Source: an uncultured Terracidiphilus sp. (lineage in GTDB: Bacteria > Acidobacteriota > Terriglobia > Terriglobales > Acidobacteriaceae). Taken from it: a DNA stretch of 64,000 bases. Below, piece after piece: positions 8,263-17,071 of the stretch. The position numbers and the translations under genes were made by a program. Below the pieces are notes generated by a model. The model was given only the letters and a program-made list of their open reading frames with translations. It did no database searches and had not been told where the DNA came from. The stretch covers positions 5,475 to 69,474 of the forward strand of contig CAYUJM010000003.1 of assembly GCA_964445025.1 (NCBI GenBank), given 5' to 3'. Each line of letters opens with the position of its first letter. Position 1 is the stretch's first letter.

Positions 8263-9381
8263 ATGGTGGAAGCGCGCGTCAGCCCGCGAGAGCGGCTGGT
8301 GCTTATGGCCATTATCGAGCAGTACATTGCTACCGGTGAACCCGTGGCTTCGCAGGCGGTTGCGCATATCTTTGCCGACCGCGAAGGTCTCAGCTCCGCC
8401 ACCGTACGCAACGTAATGGCGACACTGGGCGACGCAGGCCTGCTCGAGCAGCCGCACACCTCTGCGGGCCGCGTTCCTACCGCTGCCGCATTCCGCTACT
8501 ACGTGGAACAGATCACACAGTTCGGGCGCGTGGCCGCCGGCGCGCAGCCAGCTGGCTCCATGGCGCAAGCCGCCTCGCCCCTTAGCCCCACATTGCTGAG
8601 CGAAGCCCGCCGCGAGCAGATCGAAGACAGCTTCACGGGCGTTTCCAGCTCGCATGAGTATCTGGAGCGCACCTCGCACGTGCTGGCGCTTATCTCCAGC
8701 GGCCTGGGCGTGGCGCTGGCCAGTTCCACCGCGGGGCAGGTGCTGGAACATATTCATTTTTCGCGGCTCTCCACGGGGCGCGTTCTGGCGGTGCTGGTTA
8801 CGCAGACCGGCGCAGTGCAGGACCGCGTGCTTACCCTGGACCGCGAGCTGACCCACACCGAGCTTGAAACCGCGGCGCGTTACCTGAACGAGAGCTTCCG
8901 TGGCTGGCATATCGACCGCATCCGCGCCGAGGTGGCGCGGCGCATGGAAGTGGAGCGCGAGGCCTACGCCCAGATGCTTGCCTCGGTAGAGGAACTGTGC
9001 CGCAAGGGCGCACTGGCTGGCGGGGAATCCGGTCCCGCAATCTTCGTGGACGGAATGTCCAACCTGATCTCTGCCGAACTGGATCGTGAGCGGCTGCGCC
9101 AGATGCTCCTGGCTCTTGAGGCCAAACAGCGGCTGATCGAGCTGCTCAATGCCTACGTGGACGGCCGCCAGCAGGAGGTGCGGGTGGTGGTGGGGCTAGA
9201 CCAGGCCTCGCCGGCCATGCAGGATCTGGTGCTGATAGGCGCGCCGGCCCGCCTGGCCGGAACAAATCTCGGAACTGTGGCCGTTATTGCCCCCACGCGC
9301 ATCCAATATCAGGAGATGATTCAGGCGGTTCGCTATATTGCCCACCTTTCCGAGCGAATCCTGGAAGCTCCCGTGGATTAG
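8263..9381 (+). CDS. hrcA: heat-inducible transcription repressor HrcA
   Basis: The N-terminal winged-helix block RERLVLMAIIEQYIATGEPVASQAV, the length (372 aa) and the position before grpE-dnaJ are typical of HrcA. Confidence 0.9.
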   Translation: MVEARVSPRERLVLMAIIEQYIATGEPVASQAVAHIFADREGLSSATVRNVMATLGDAGLLEQPHTSAGRVPTAAAFRYYVEQITQFGRVAAGAQPAGSMAQAASPLSPTLLSEARREQIEDSFTGVSSSHEYLERTSHVLALISSGLGVALASSTAGQVLEHIHFSRLSTGRVLAVLVTQTGAVQDRVLTLDRELTHTELETAARYLNESFRGWHIDRIRAEVARRMEVEREAYAQMLASVEELCRKGALAGGESGPAIFVDGMSNLISAELDRERLRQMLLALEAKQRLIELLNAYVDGRQQEVRVVVGLDQASPAMQDLVLIGAPARLAGTNLGTVAVIAPTRIQYQEMIQAVRYIAHLSERILEAPVD

Positions 9382-9553
9382 ACGTTTTCCGCCGATAGGG
9401 CACCCTGAAAAGGCCGCAGGAATTGCTAACCGTAAAATAAACCGGCGACCGGCGCCCAGGCGCCTGAGTCGAACCATGCATGGGCGAGTGGCCCCCGGCA
9501 GAAAATTAGAATGGAATAAGGCAAAATTGATCTTTCGGAGAAAACGCGGAGTT

Positions 9554-10168
9554 ATGTCAAAGCATGAAACAGAGTTGACCGTATTGGAATCCCAGGAAGG
9601 CGCGTCCGGCGCGGATGCCTCGGGCGTTCCCGCGTCCGGAGCTCCAGCCGAGGCGGCTTCAGGGGATGCGGCCGCCGCACCCGCGGATGCAGAAGCCCTC
9701 GCGAGCCGCACGGAGCTTGACCAGGTGAAGGCCGAGAGGGATCAGTTGCTCGACCGCCTTGCGCGTTTGCAGGCTGAGTTTGAAAACACCCGCAAACGCG
9801 CCGAACGCGAACGGATCGAGTATCGCGATTACGCAACAGGGAATGTGGTCGAGCAGTTTCTGCCCGTCGTAGATAACTTCGAGCTGGCGCTCAAGTCCAA
9901 GGGCACCGCCGAGCAGTTGCGCCAGGGCGTCGAACTCATCGTGAAGCAGATGGAAGAGGTTCTGCGCCAGTTGCAAGTGAATCCCATTCCAACCGTCGGC
10001 GAGGCATTCGATCCGCGCGTCCATGAGGCTCTGGGCTCGGTAGACCGCGACGACCTGCCCGACCAGCATGTGGCCGAAGAGATCCGCCGCGGCTACAAGC
10101 TCCGCGACCGGCTCGTGCGCCCTGCATTGGTTCGTGTGGTCCACAATCCGAAGCAAACCGCGGAATAA
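9554..10168 (+). CDS. grpE: nucleotide exchange factor GrpE
   Basis: Start set at the ATG (9554) for MSKHETEL, because the track ORF starts inside hrcA. GrpE blocks: LARLQAEFENTRKRAERE, VVDNFELAL, FDPRVHEALG, GYKLRDRLVRPALV. Confidence 0.9.
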   Translation: MSKHETELTVLESQEGASGADASGVPASGAPAEAASGDAAAAPADAEALASRTELDQVKAERDQLLDRLARLQAEFENTRKRAERERIEYRDYATGNVVEQFLPVVDNFELALKSKGTAEQLRQGVELIVKQMEEVLRQLQVNPIPTVGEAFDPRVHEALGSVDRDDLPDQHVAEEIRRGYKLRDRLVRPALVRVVHNPKQTAE

Positions 10169-10205
10169 AGCTTGATACCGACGAGATGGGGCCGGACGCC
10201 AGCAA

Positions 10206-11342
10206 ATGAGTTCTAATACAAGAGTGAGCAAAGCAGATTATTACGAAGTCCTGGGCGTTTCCAGGGATGCCAGCGACCAGGACTTGAAGAGCGCTTATCG
10301 CAAGCAGGCGCTCAAGTACCATCCTGACCGTAACCCCGGTGATCATGCCTCGGAAGAGAAGTTCAAGCTGGCCAGCGAGGCCTACCAGGTGCTGAGCGAT
10401 GCTGACAAGCGCGCCGTTTACGACCGCTATGGTCACGCAGGACTGAGCGGCCAGGGCGGTTTCAGCGGCGGACCGTTTGCCGGCGGCGTGGACATCGGCG
10501 ATATCTTCGGCGATCTGTTCGGTGAGATGTTTAACGTGGGTGGCAGCGCGCAGCGCGGCTCGCGCCAGCAGCGCGGCGACGACCTGCGATTCGACCTGAC
10601 CATCAAATTTGAAGACGCTTTCTTCGGCACCGAGACCGAGGTGAAGATCCGTCGCCTGGAAACCTGCGAGACCTGCCACGGCAAGGGCACCGCCTCCAGC
10701 CGTGGACCAAGCGTGTGCAGCCAATGTCAGGGACGCGGGCAGCTCCGCTACCAGCAGGGATTCTTCTCCGTGGCTCGCACTTGCCCGGCCTGCGGCGGCA
10801 CGGGCCAGGTCATCGGCGATCCCTGCCAGACCTGCCGCGGTCAAACCCGCGTCAGCAACGAGTTCAAGCTCACCGTCAAAGTGCCTCCCGGCGTCGAAGA
10901 AGGCACGCGCATCCGCTACACCGGCGAGGGCGACGCAGGCCGCTCCGGTGGGCCCAGGGGCGATCTGTACGTTGTGCTCTCGGTGCGTCCGCACGACTTC
11001 TTCGAGCGGCACGGCAACGACCTGCACTGCGTCATCCCCATCAGCTTTCCGCAGGCCGCGCTGGGCGCCGAATTCGAAATCCCCGGCATCGACGGCCCTA
11101 TCAGCCTGAAAATCCCCGAAGGCACACAAAGCGGGCGGGAACTGCGCATTCGCGACCGTGGTGTTCCTTTTCTGAACGACAAGGGCAGCGGCGATCTGAT
11201 TGTGAAGGTGCTGGTGCAGGTGCCGCGCAAGCTGAGCCGGTCCCAGAGAGAGTTGGTGAGTAAGCTCGCCGAGTCGCTTTCCGTCGACAATAAGCCGACA
11301 TCGCCCGGCCTGCTGGACAAGATGAAGGACCTGTTTAACTAG
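10206..11342 (+). CDS. dnaJ: molecular chaperone DnaJ
   Basis: J-domain [36 protein letters not shown], a G/F region, and four CxxCxGxG zinc motifs ([31 protein letters not shown]). Confidence 0.95.
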   Translation: MSSNTRVSKADYYEVLGVSRDASDQDLKSAYRKQALKYHPDRNPGDHASEEKFKLASEAYQVLSDADKRAVYDRYGHAGLSGQGGFSGGPFAGGVDIGDIFGDLFGEMFNVGGSAQRGSRQQRGDDLRFDLTIKFEDAFFGTETEVKIRRLETCETCHGKGTASSRGPSVCSQCQGRGQLRYQQGFFSVARTCPACGGTGQVIGDPCQTCRGQTRVSNEFKLTVKVPPGVEEGTRIRYTGEGDAGRSGGPRGDLYVVLSVRPHDFFERHGNDLHCVIPISFPQAALGAEFEIPGIDGPISLKIPEGTQSGRELRIRDRGVPFLNDKGSGDLIVKVLVQVPRKLSRSQRELVSKLAESLSVDNKPTSPGLLDKMKDLFN

Positions 11343-11375
11343 GCCGCTCTATCGAAGCGTTCGAGGTTTGGGTCC

Positions 11376-11415
11376 CCCACCCTTGCGACCTTCTTGTTTT
11401 TGTCGCTGGGGTGGG
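11376..11415. terminator. compound GC-rich hairpin between dnaJ and vapC (candidate bidirectional terminator)
   Basis: CCCACCCT (11376-11383) pairs with GGGGTGGG (11408-11415). The inner stem is GCGAC (11385-11389) / GTCGC (11402-11406), with a U-rich 12-nt loop. No trailing U-tract. Confidence 0.4.
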
Positions 11416-11432
11416 ATGGTACGCAGCCTCGC

Positions 11433-11852
11433 TCAGCTCTTCCAGGGATTGATGACTGGCACGCCAACGGCAACGAACGGCGCCGTGTCGCGCGTGGCGA
11501 CGCTGAACCCGTGCATCGCAGCGATCGCGGCAATCTGACAATCGCCAACCGAGATGGAATAACCACGTGCCGAGGCACGGCTTGCAAGCGAGGCATAAGT
11601 CACGGCGGCTTCGCGTTCAAAGGCGAGAAATCGGCCAGCGAAGTAATTCGCAAGCAATGCCTGCACCGCCGTCGTCATGCCTCTCTTTCGTTTGCCGTCG
11701 GCGAGAAGCGAAATGCCGAGTAGCACCTCCATAAGAACGGGGGCGCACAGATATAGCGCTTCTTTCGGCTGGCGGTCCAGCCACGCAACCACGTGTGGAT
11801 CAGGCAGCGGCTTCAACGGCTCCGAAATCACATTCGTGTCAAGAACGATCAC
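11433..11852 (-). CDS. vapC: type II toxin, PIN-domain ribonuclease (VapC/FitB-like)
   Basis: MIVLDTNVISE start (GTG codon), with later D/E acidic residues typical of a PIN domain. 4-nt GTGA overlap with the upstream antitoxin ORF. Confidence 0.85.
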   Translation of the reverse strand: MIVLDTNVISEPLKPLPDPHVVAWLDRQPKEALYLCAPVLMEVLLGISLLADGKRKRGMTTAVQALLANYFAGRFLAFEREAAVTYASLASRASARGYSISVGDCQIAAIAAMHGFSVATRDTAPFVAVGVPVINPWKS

Positions 11853-12088
11853 GAGAAATCCGCCGGCTCAGCCGGCCTTGAATCGCGCGTGATGTCGAGC
11901 TCAATGCCGCCGAAGCTGCGCCCAAGCGCAGCCAGTTGCGAGCCGAGTCCGGTTGTCGAATCAGGAGACACGGCATCTTCCAGAATCCGGCGGATCTCGG
12001 CCTCGGTACTGCGGCCGTTCCGTGCGGCGCGCAGCTTCAAGGCACGATGCGTCTTCTCGGGGATGTTGCGGACGGTGACGGCTGGCAT
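11849..12088 (-). CDS. vapB: type II antitoxin, ribbon-helix-helix (VapB/FitA-like)
   Basis: 79 aa, starting from the ATG at 12086-12088, with GAGGAG 8 nt upstream. MPAVTVRNIPEKTHRALKLRAARNGRSTEAEIRRILE is a typical RHH antitoxin N-terminus. The longer track ORF (to 12322) has no support. Confidence 0.7.
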   Translation of the reverse strand: MPAVTVRNIPEKTHRALKLRAARNGRSTEAEIRRILEDAVSPDSTTGLGSQLAALGRSFGGIELDITRDSRPAEPADFS

Positions 12089-12162
12089 GGATTCTGCTCC
12101 TCGGATATCTATTACAAATGATATCATACTGCCATCATCGATATCAGAGTCTTCTTCGCCCT

Positions 12163-13623
12163 CTACACCGCCAGCAGGGCAATCAGCACCACCGCAATGC
12201 CGATTGCCTGGCTCACGCGGTCGGTCAGCGCAAAAGCTACGGGGTCTTCGTCCAGTTCGCCGCGTGAGGCCAGCAGCCACACCCGGTTGAGCCACAGTAA
12301 GATCAGCGGCACAATCAGCCACAGCAGCTTCGGTTCCCGGTAGAGCTTCACCACATCGGGTCCGGTGATGTAGATGGCGAATACTACCGCGGCCGCATAG
12401 GCGCTGGCCGTGCCAAAACTGCGCAACTGGTCCAGATCGGCCAAAACGTAGCCGCGGCCATTCCTGGGCACGGCATTGCTGATGCGCAGGTTCTCCAGTT
12501 CCGCAAACCGCTTCACAATCGCCAGAGAAAGGAACAGGAACATCGAGAAGCCGGCCAGCCAGTGGGAAATCGGAGTTTGAGTCACCGCGCTGCCGGCCAG
12601 TAGCCGCAGAATGTACAGCCCCGAAAGCACCAGCACATCCACCAGCGCGAACCGCTTGAGCAGGCCGGAGTAGGCCGCCGTCGTTGCCAGGTAGAGCAGC
12701 AGCCAGGCGAAGAATCTCCCCGGAAGCAGCGCTGCGCCTGCCAGGCCCATGGTCAAAAATGCCGCCGTGACTGCGACTCCGGTAAAGGCCTGCAGATCGC
12801 CCGAAGCAAAAGGCCGCTGGTGCTTCCCCGCATGCCGGCGGTCGGCATCAATGTCCAGCAGGTCGTTCGCAATGTATGCCGCCGAAGCGGTGAGCGAGAA
12901 GCAGAAGAAGGCCGCCAGCGCCGTCAGCAGCTTCCCTGTGCTCAACGCATGCGAGCACAACAGCGGAACAAAGATGAGCAGATTCTTTGCCCACTGGTGC
13001 ACCCGCAGGGCTTTGAGCAGGGACTGCAGAAATGGCGTGCGCTCAACAAAAGCATGGGACGGCCGGATGCCTCGCGCCTTGAGCCGCAACCGCAGCTTCA
13101 GGCTGGGATTCGCCACCATTGCATCGGTGGCTTCTGCAAGCAGCGGCAGGTCAGGCGTGTCGTTGCCAACGTAGTCGAATGCGGCGGAGTCCAACCGGCT
13201 GCGCAAGCTGTCGAGTTTCTTCGAGCCTGTAAGGTTGGTCGCGCCGTCCGACCCCATTACGCCCGTAAAGATGCCGAGGTGATCGGCCACGCGACGGGCC
13301 AGATGCACATCCGCGCCCGTAGCCAGGTAAAGAGCGCGCCCGCGCGCGTGTTCCTGGTGGAGAAACTGCAGCAGCATGCGGTTGTAGGGCAGATGCACAA
13401 CATCCAGCGAGACAGATTCCGTGACGAATGCCTTGAACGCAGCCTTGCCGGCCAGCAGCCGGCCGGGGAGCTTGAAGAGCTGAGCCGGGTAAGTTCGCAG
13501 CAGCACCAGCAGGGAATCCACAAGCGTATCCGACTTCACCAGCGTCCCGTCCAGATCGACGCACAGCGGACGCGTCATTTCATCGGATGGTTCCGGGGGC
13601 GAGATTGTGCTGGGCTGGAGCAA
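12163..13623 (-). CDS. fusion protein: N-terminal HAD-superfamily phosphatase-like domain + UbiA-family prenyltransferase (decaprenyl-phosphate phosphoribosyltransferase-like)
   Basis: HAD motif I in CVDLDGTLVKSDT and motif IV-like YVGNDTPDLPLL. These are followed by multiple TM helices and the UbiA Asp-rich motif NDLLDIDADRRH. Confidence 0.8.
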   Translation of the reverse strand: MLQPSTISPPEPSDEMTRPLCVDLDGTLVKSDTLVDSLLVLLRTYPAQLFKLPGRLLAGKAAFKAFVTESVSLDVVHLPYNRMLLQFLHQEHARGRALYLATGADVHLARRVADHLGIFTGVMGSDGATNLTGSKKLDSLRSRLDSAAFDYVGNDTPDLPLLAEATDAMVANPSLKLRLRLKARGIRPSHAFVERTPFLQSLLKALRVHQWAKNLLIFVPLLCSHALSTGKLLTALAAFFCFSLTASAAYIANDLLDIDADRRHAGKHQRPFASGDLQAFTGVAVTAAFLTMGLAGAALLPGRFFAWLLLYLATTAAYSGLLKRFALVDVLVLSGLYILRLLAGSAVTQTPISHWLAGFSMFLFLSLAIVKRFAELENLRISNAVPRNGRGYVLADLDQLRSFGTASAYAAAVVFAIYITGPDVVKLYREPKLLWLIVPLILLWLNRVWLLASRGELDEDPVAFALTDRVSQAIGIAVVLIALLAV

Positions 13624-13828
13624 TTCGGAACCTCATCGGGGCTGCATGCGCCAATAGAGCAACGCACGGCGCCAGACTCCGGCAACCGACGCCGGGAAAC
13701 TTGGTTCCATTGCATGCCGAAGTCTTGGGGCACCCCAAGTATACAGTCGCCCGGAAACGGATCAATGCGCGCAGAAGGGCGCAAGCAAAGTTGGAACCCA
13801 GCCTGATTAAGCAGGGATTGAGGGGATT

Positions 13829-13904
13829 TGGTGGAGCTGAGCGGGATCGAACCGCTGGCCTCCTCGTTGCGAACGAGGCGCTCTCCCAGCTGAGCTACAG
13901 CCCC
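13829..13904 (-). tRNA. tRNA-Ala (anticodon CGC)
   Basis: The reverse complement reads GGGGCTGTAGCTCAGCTGGGAGAGCGCCTCGTTCGCAACGAGGAGGCCAGCGGTTCGATCCCGCTCAGCTCCACCA. It forms a cloverleaf with a G3:U70 pair, anticodon loop TTCGCAA, TPsiC GGTTCGATCC and an encoded CCA. Confidence 0.93.
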
Positions 13905-14015
13905 ACGACTCTCTTATCTTACCAGCGCGCGCAAAATCCCGAAAGAGCGCCTCGCGCTTTTCACCCTTTTTGGGAGCACTTCGGCGGAGGGGCAGGGCCG
14001 TCCGCCGGGAATGGC

Positions 14016-15266
14016 CTACAGCTGGTTCATATTCGCCAGGAACTCGGCGTTGTTGCGCACCTTTTCCAGGCGGCTGACGATCAACTCCATGGCTTCGACC
14101 GGCGACAGCGGGTTGAGCACCTTGCGCAAAATCCAGATGCGCTGCAAGTCTTCCTTGGGAATGAGCAGTTCTTCCTTGCGCGTGCCGGAGCGCTGGATGT
14201 CGATGGCCGGGAAGACGCGCTTGTCCACCAGCTTGCGGTCGAGGATGATTTCCATGTTGCCGGTGCCCTTGAACTCCTCGAAGATGACTTCGTCCATGCG
14301 TGAGCCGGTGTCCACGAGAGCCGTCGCAATAATGGTCAGGGACCCGCCCTCTTCGATGTTGCGGGCCGCGCCAAAGAAGCGCTTCGGCCGCTGCAGCGCG
14401 TTTGAATCCACGCCGCCCGAGAGCACCTTGCCCGACGGCGGAACAATGGTGTTGTAGGCGCGAGCCAGGCGCGTGATGGAGTCGAGCAGAATGACCACAT
14501 CGCGCTTGTGTTCGACAAGGCGCTTGGCTTTCTCGATCACCATCTCGGCCACTTGCACGTGGCGGGCCGCTGGCTCGTCAAATGTGGAGCTGATCACCTC
14601 ACCCTTCACCGAGCGTTGCATGTCGGTCACTTCCTCAGGCCGCTCATCGATGAGCAGGACAATCAGCACCACTTCTGGATGATTGGTTGAGATTGAGTTG
14701 GCGATCGACTGCAGCAGCATCGTCTTGCCGGTGCGCGGCGGGGCCACGATCAGGCCGCGCTGGCCCTTGCCCACCGGCGTCACCAGATCCATCACGCGCC
14801 CGCTGATGCCCTCGCGGACCGTCTCCATTTTGATCCGCTCCTGCGGATAGAGCGGCGTGAGGTTGTCGAAAAGAATCTTGTTGCGCGTCTCCTCGGGCGA
14901 CTCGAAGTTGATGGCCTCGATCTTCACCAGCGCGAAGTACTTTTCCCCCTCGTGTGGCGGGCGGACATTGCCGCTGATTGAGTCGCCGGTCTTCAGATCG
15001 AACTTGCGGATCTGCGACGGCGAGACGTAGATGTCGTCAGGACCGGGAAGGTAGTTGTAATCCGGAGAGCGCAGGAAGCCGTAGCCGTCGGGCAAAATCT
15101 CCAGTACGCCGTCGGCAAAGATGTGCCCCTCCTTCTCACTCTGTGCCTGCAGGATCTTGAAGATCAGGTCTTGCTTGCGAAGGCCGCTGGCGCCCGGGAT
15201 TTCCAGGTTGCGCGCAATGCGGCTCAGTTCTGTGATGTTTTTTTCTTTAAGTTCAGCGATCGTCAT
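14016..15266 (-). CDS. rho: transcription termination factor Rho
   Basis: Start at the ATG 15264-15266 ([23 protein letters not shown]). Walker [34 protein letters not shown], and a C-terminal region typical of Rho. The upstream 37 codons of the track ORF were discarded. Confidence 0.95.
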   Translation of the reverse strand: MTIAELKEKNITELSRIARNLEIPGASGLRKQDLIFKILQAQSEKEGHIFADGVLEILPDGYGFLRSPDYNYLPGPDDIYVSPSQIRKFDLKTGDSISGNVRPPHEGEKYFALVKIEAINFESPEETRNKILFDNLTPLYPQERIKMETVREGISGRVMDLVTPVGKGQRGLIVAPPRTGKTMLLQSIANSISTNHPEVVLIVLLIDERPEEVTDMQRSVKGEVISSTFDEPAARHVQVAEMVIEKAKRLVEHKRDVVILLDSITRLARAYNTIVPPSGKVLSGGVDSNALQRPKRFFGAARNIEEGGSLTIIATALVDTGSRMDEVIFEEFKGTGNMEIILDRKLVDKRVFPAIDIQRSGTRKEELLIPKEDLQRIWILRKVLNPLSPVEAMELIVSRLEKVRNNAEFLANMNQL

Positions 15267-15269
15267 GGT

Positions 15270-15340
15270 CACCTGCGGTGGGAGGGATGGGAGTGGGGTG
15301 CGGAAAGGGGATGTGCTCCAGGAGGAAATCGGGCGGGAAT
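15270..15340 (-). promoter_or_regulatory. C-rich, G-poor rho 5' leader (candidate rut site for autoregulation)
   Basis: Hand count over 15277-15340: on the mRNA strand, 35 C versus 6 G in 64 nt, immediately upstream of the rho start codon. Confidence 0.4.
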
Positions 15341-15486
15341 CACTGCATGCCATGGGCGCAGACCGCGCCCGCTGCATTTCCCGAAATCAAGAGGAAGATC
15401 GAAACGCCGGAGAAACGCGGCTAACCTGGCCGGTCAGCCGCCTTGAAACCGTTGCTTGAATCAACTATACCCTTGTTGGAAGCCTT

Positions 15487-15708
15487 TTATGCGGCGCGAC
15501 GCCGCTCAACAGGCTCGACGGCCTGCGTCTCGACTGGCGCGGCAGCCCCTGGATTGGTGGTCTGAAAGCGGCCCAGGACTTCGTTGGTGGTATCTTGCAG
15601 CCGTGTGTTCGGCTTGTGCAGCTTGCGGGTTGCCTTGCTAGCCAGTTGACAGAGCTGGTAGCGATTGGACACATGAGAAAGTGCCCCAAAAACTAAATCA
15701 GAACGCAT
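15487..15708 (-). CDS. rpoZ: RNA polymerase omega subunit-like protein
   Basis: 73 aa from the ATG 15706-15708, with GGAGAG upstream. SNRYQLCQLASKATRKL resembles the RpoZ core NRFxLVxxAAKRARQL. The assignment rests on motif resemblance only. Confidence 0.55.
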   Translation of the reverse strand: MRSDLVFGALSHVSNRYQLCQLASKATRKLHKPNTRLQDTTNEVLGRFQTTNPGAAAPVETQAVEPVERRRAA

Positions 15709-16571
15709 GATACTTCTCTCCTCGCTTAGATTGCATGTACCAGCGGAACTTGCCTGGCCCCGCCTGTCTGCTTGGGGCGCCAATAAAATTACCGGCAACC
15801 CCGATTTTTCAGTCTCAATTCTTAGACGCACAAAGTGTGTGTCCAGTTCAAAAATCTTGACGCACTTTCGCGCGCCAACAATATGCTGTGTGCCGAATCT
15901 GGGATACAGATTGCCGCTCTGGGAATCTGTGCGCCCGCTTTCCCGTTCCCGGCGCGTTCAAAACGCACCTGCGCATCAACGGCTGAACCTCAGCTCAATA
16001 GGATGCGGGAAACCACGGATGGGCGCGCTAGACCTTGCTGCAAGCTACCCTTGAATGGATGGCACTCATGAATGTATACCCAGGCGTTCTCTGGGTCAAC
16101 AGTTTTTTCCGCTTTTTTGGTCCCAGACGTAATGATCTGAGGTTTTTCCGATTACCGCGGTTATAGCGTTTATTATCAATTGTTTACATTGGGTTCGGTG
16201 AGTAGGTTTCGGAGCTTGCCCCACGCCTAAGTGCCCCATTTCCACACCGCATTTCCTATCTGGGGCCCGCCTGATTACCTGAGGTTACGTGACCATCTCT
16301 CCGGATTCGGAAGCACCACGCACCTGGCCCGACTCACCGCTTTCGGCGTTGCAGCAGCATCGACCCCATTTCCGTCTTGCCGGCGCGGAGGCTCGTCCGG
16401 GACCAGCCGATAAAGAGCGACATAACGTTAATACTTCCAACAAGTTAGGTGTCAAGCTCTGCCCCGATTCCATCCGTTGAATGCTGCGCCTTCGCGACCT
16501 CAGGCCGCGCGAGCCAGGTCTAAACATAGATTTGTCAATCACTTCAAGAGGAATTTGAGGCTGTGGGCGGT

Positions 16572-16802
16572 TTACTTGCTTCGTGTGCGAGCCCCTGATG
16601 GCCTGCCATCCGGATCCACCAGAAAGGTATCGCCCTTTTCATCCATGACGCATCCTGGCCGGCGCCGATTCGCTGTTCCTGCCCGCGTCCTGGAGGTTGT
16701 AAAGAGCCCATCCAGGCGAAAAACAGCCGCCGCCACGATAACAATCAATGGGAGACCCACGAACAAGGTGTCCCGAACGGAATCGAGATCAACCTTATAC
16801 AT
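16572..16802 (-). CDS. possible small membrane protein (76 aa), hypothetical
   Basis: ATG at 16800-16802 with AGGGA upstream. One hydrophobic helix, FVGLPLIVIVAAAVF. No family recognised, and it may be non-coding. Confidence 0.3.
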   Translation of the reverse strand: MYKVDLDSVRDTLFVGLPLIVIVAAAVFRLDGLFTTSRTRAGTANRRRPGCVMDEKGDTFLVDPDGRPSGARTRSK

Positions 16803-16991
16803 CTTTGTTCCCTGCGGTCCTGGACCGGTCACCCCAGCGTAGCCCCGAACCAGGGGAATCCGAGCCCTCGCACGATTGAGATGCCGTCAGATTGAATTAC
16901 AGGCTGCGGAATTAAGACGCCTCCGGTAGCGAAAGTAACTTCTTGTTTACTGAATGAGCAAATAAGGGAGAGACAGGTGACATCGAACCGT

Positions 16992-17064
16992 GTCCCTAAG
17001 TCCATTAATCTCTGAGTCCCTAGTCCCCAGTCCTTACGTCCCTGTTCCCCATTTCCTAATCCCT
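16992..17064 (-). repeat. degenerate short repeats: nine GGA/GGGA motifs on the minus strand (TCC on plus), immediately 3' of comM
   Basis: The plus strand reads tgTCCctaagTCCattaatctctgagTCCctagTCCccagTCCttacgTCCctgtTCCccattTCCtaaTCCctgc. The minus strand has tracts GGGG/GGG/GGGG/GGG. Confidence 0.6.
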
Positions 17065-17071
17065 GCTTTTC

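Noticed and set aside
15893-16110. 6S RNA hypothesis for the orphan plus-strand promoter-to-terminator interval
   Set aside because: I could pair only CUGGGAUACA with UGUAU(A)CCCAG near the ends. There is no extended closing stem or central-bubble architecture that I could verify by hand. It is kept only as a generic ncRNA candidate.
16477-16842. 121-aa plus-strand ORF and other 60-115 aa ORFs in the 15.7-17.1 kb gene-poor region
   Set aside because: They have no Shine-Dalgarno or start context, an Arg/Pro/Ser-rich composition, and they overlap one another. They are treated as non-coding, except for the weak minus-strand candidate 16572..16802.
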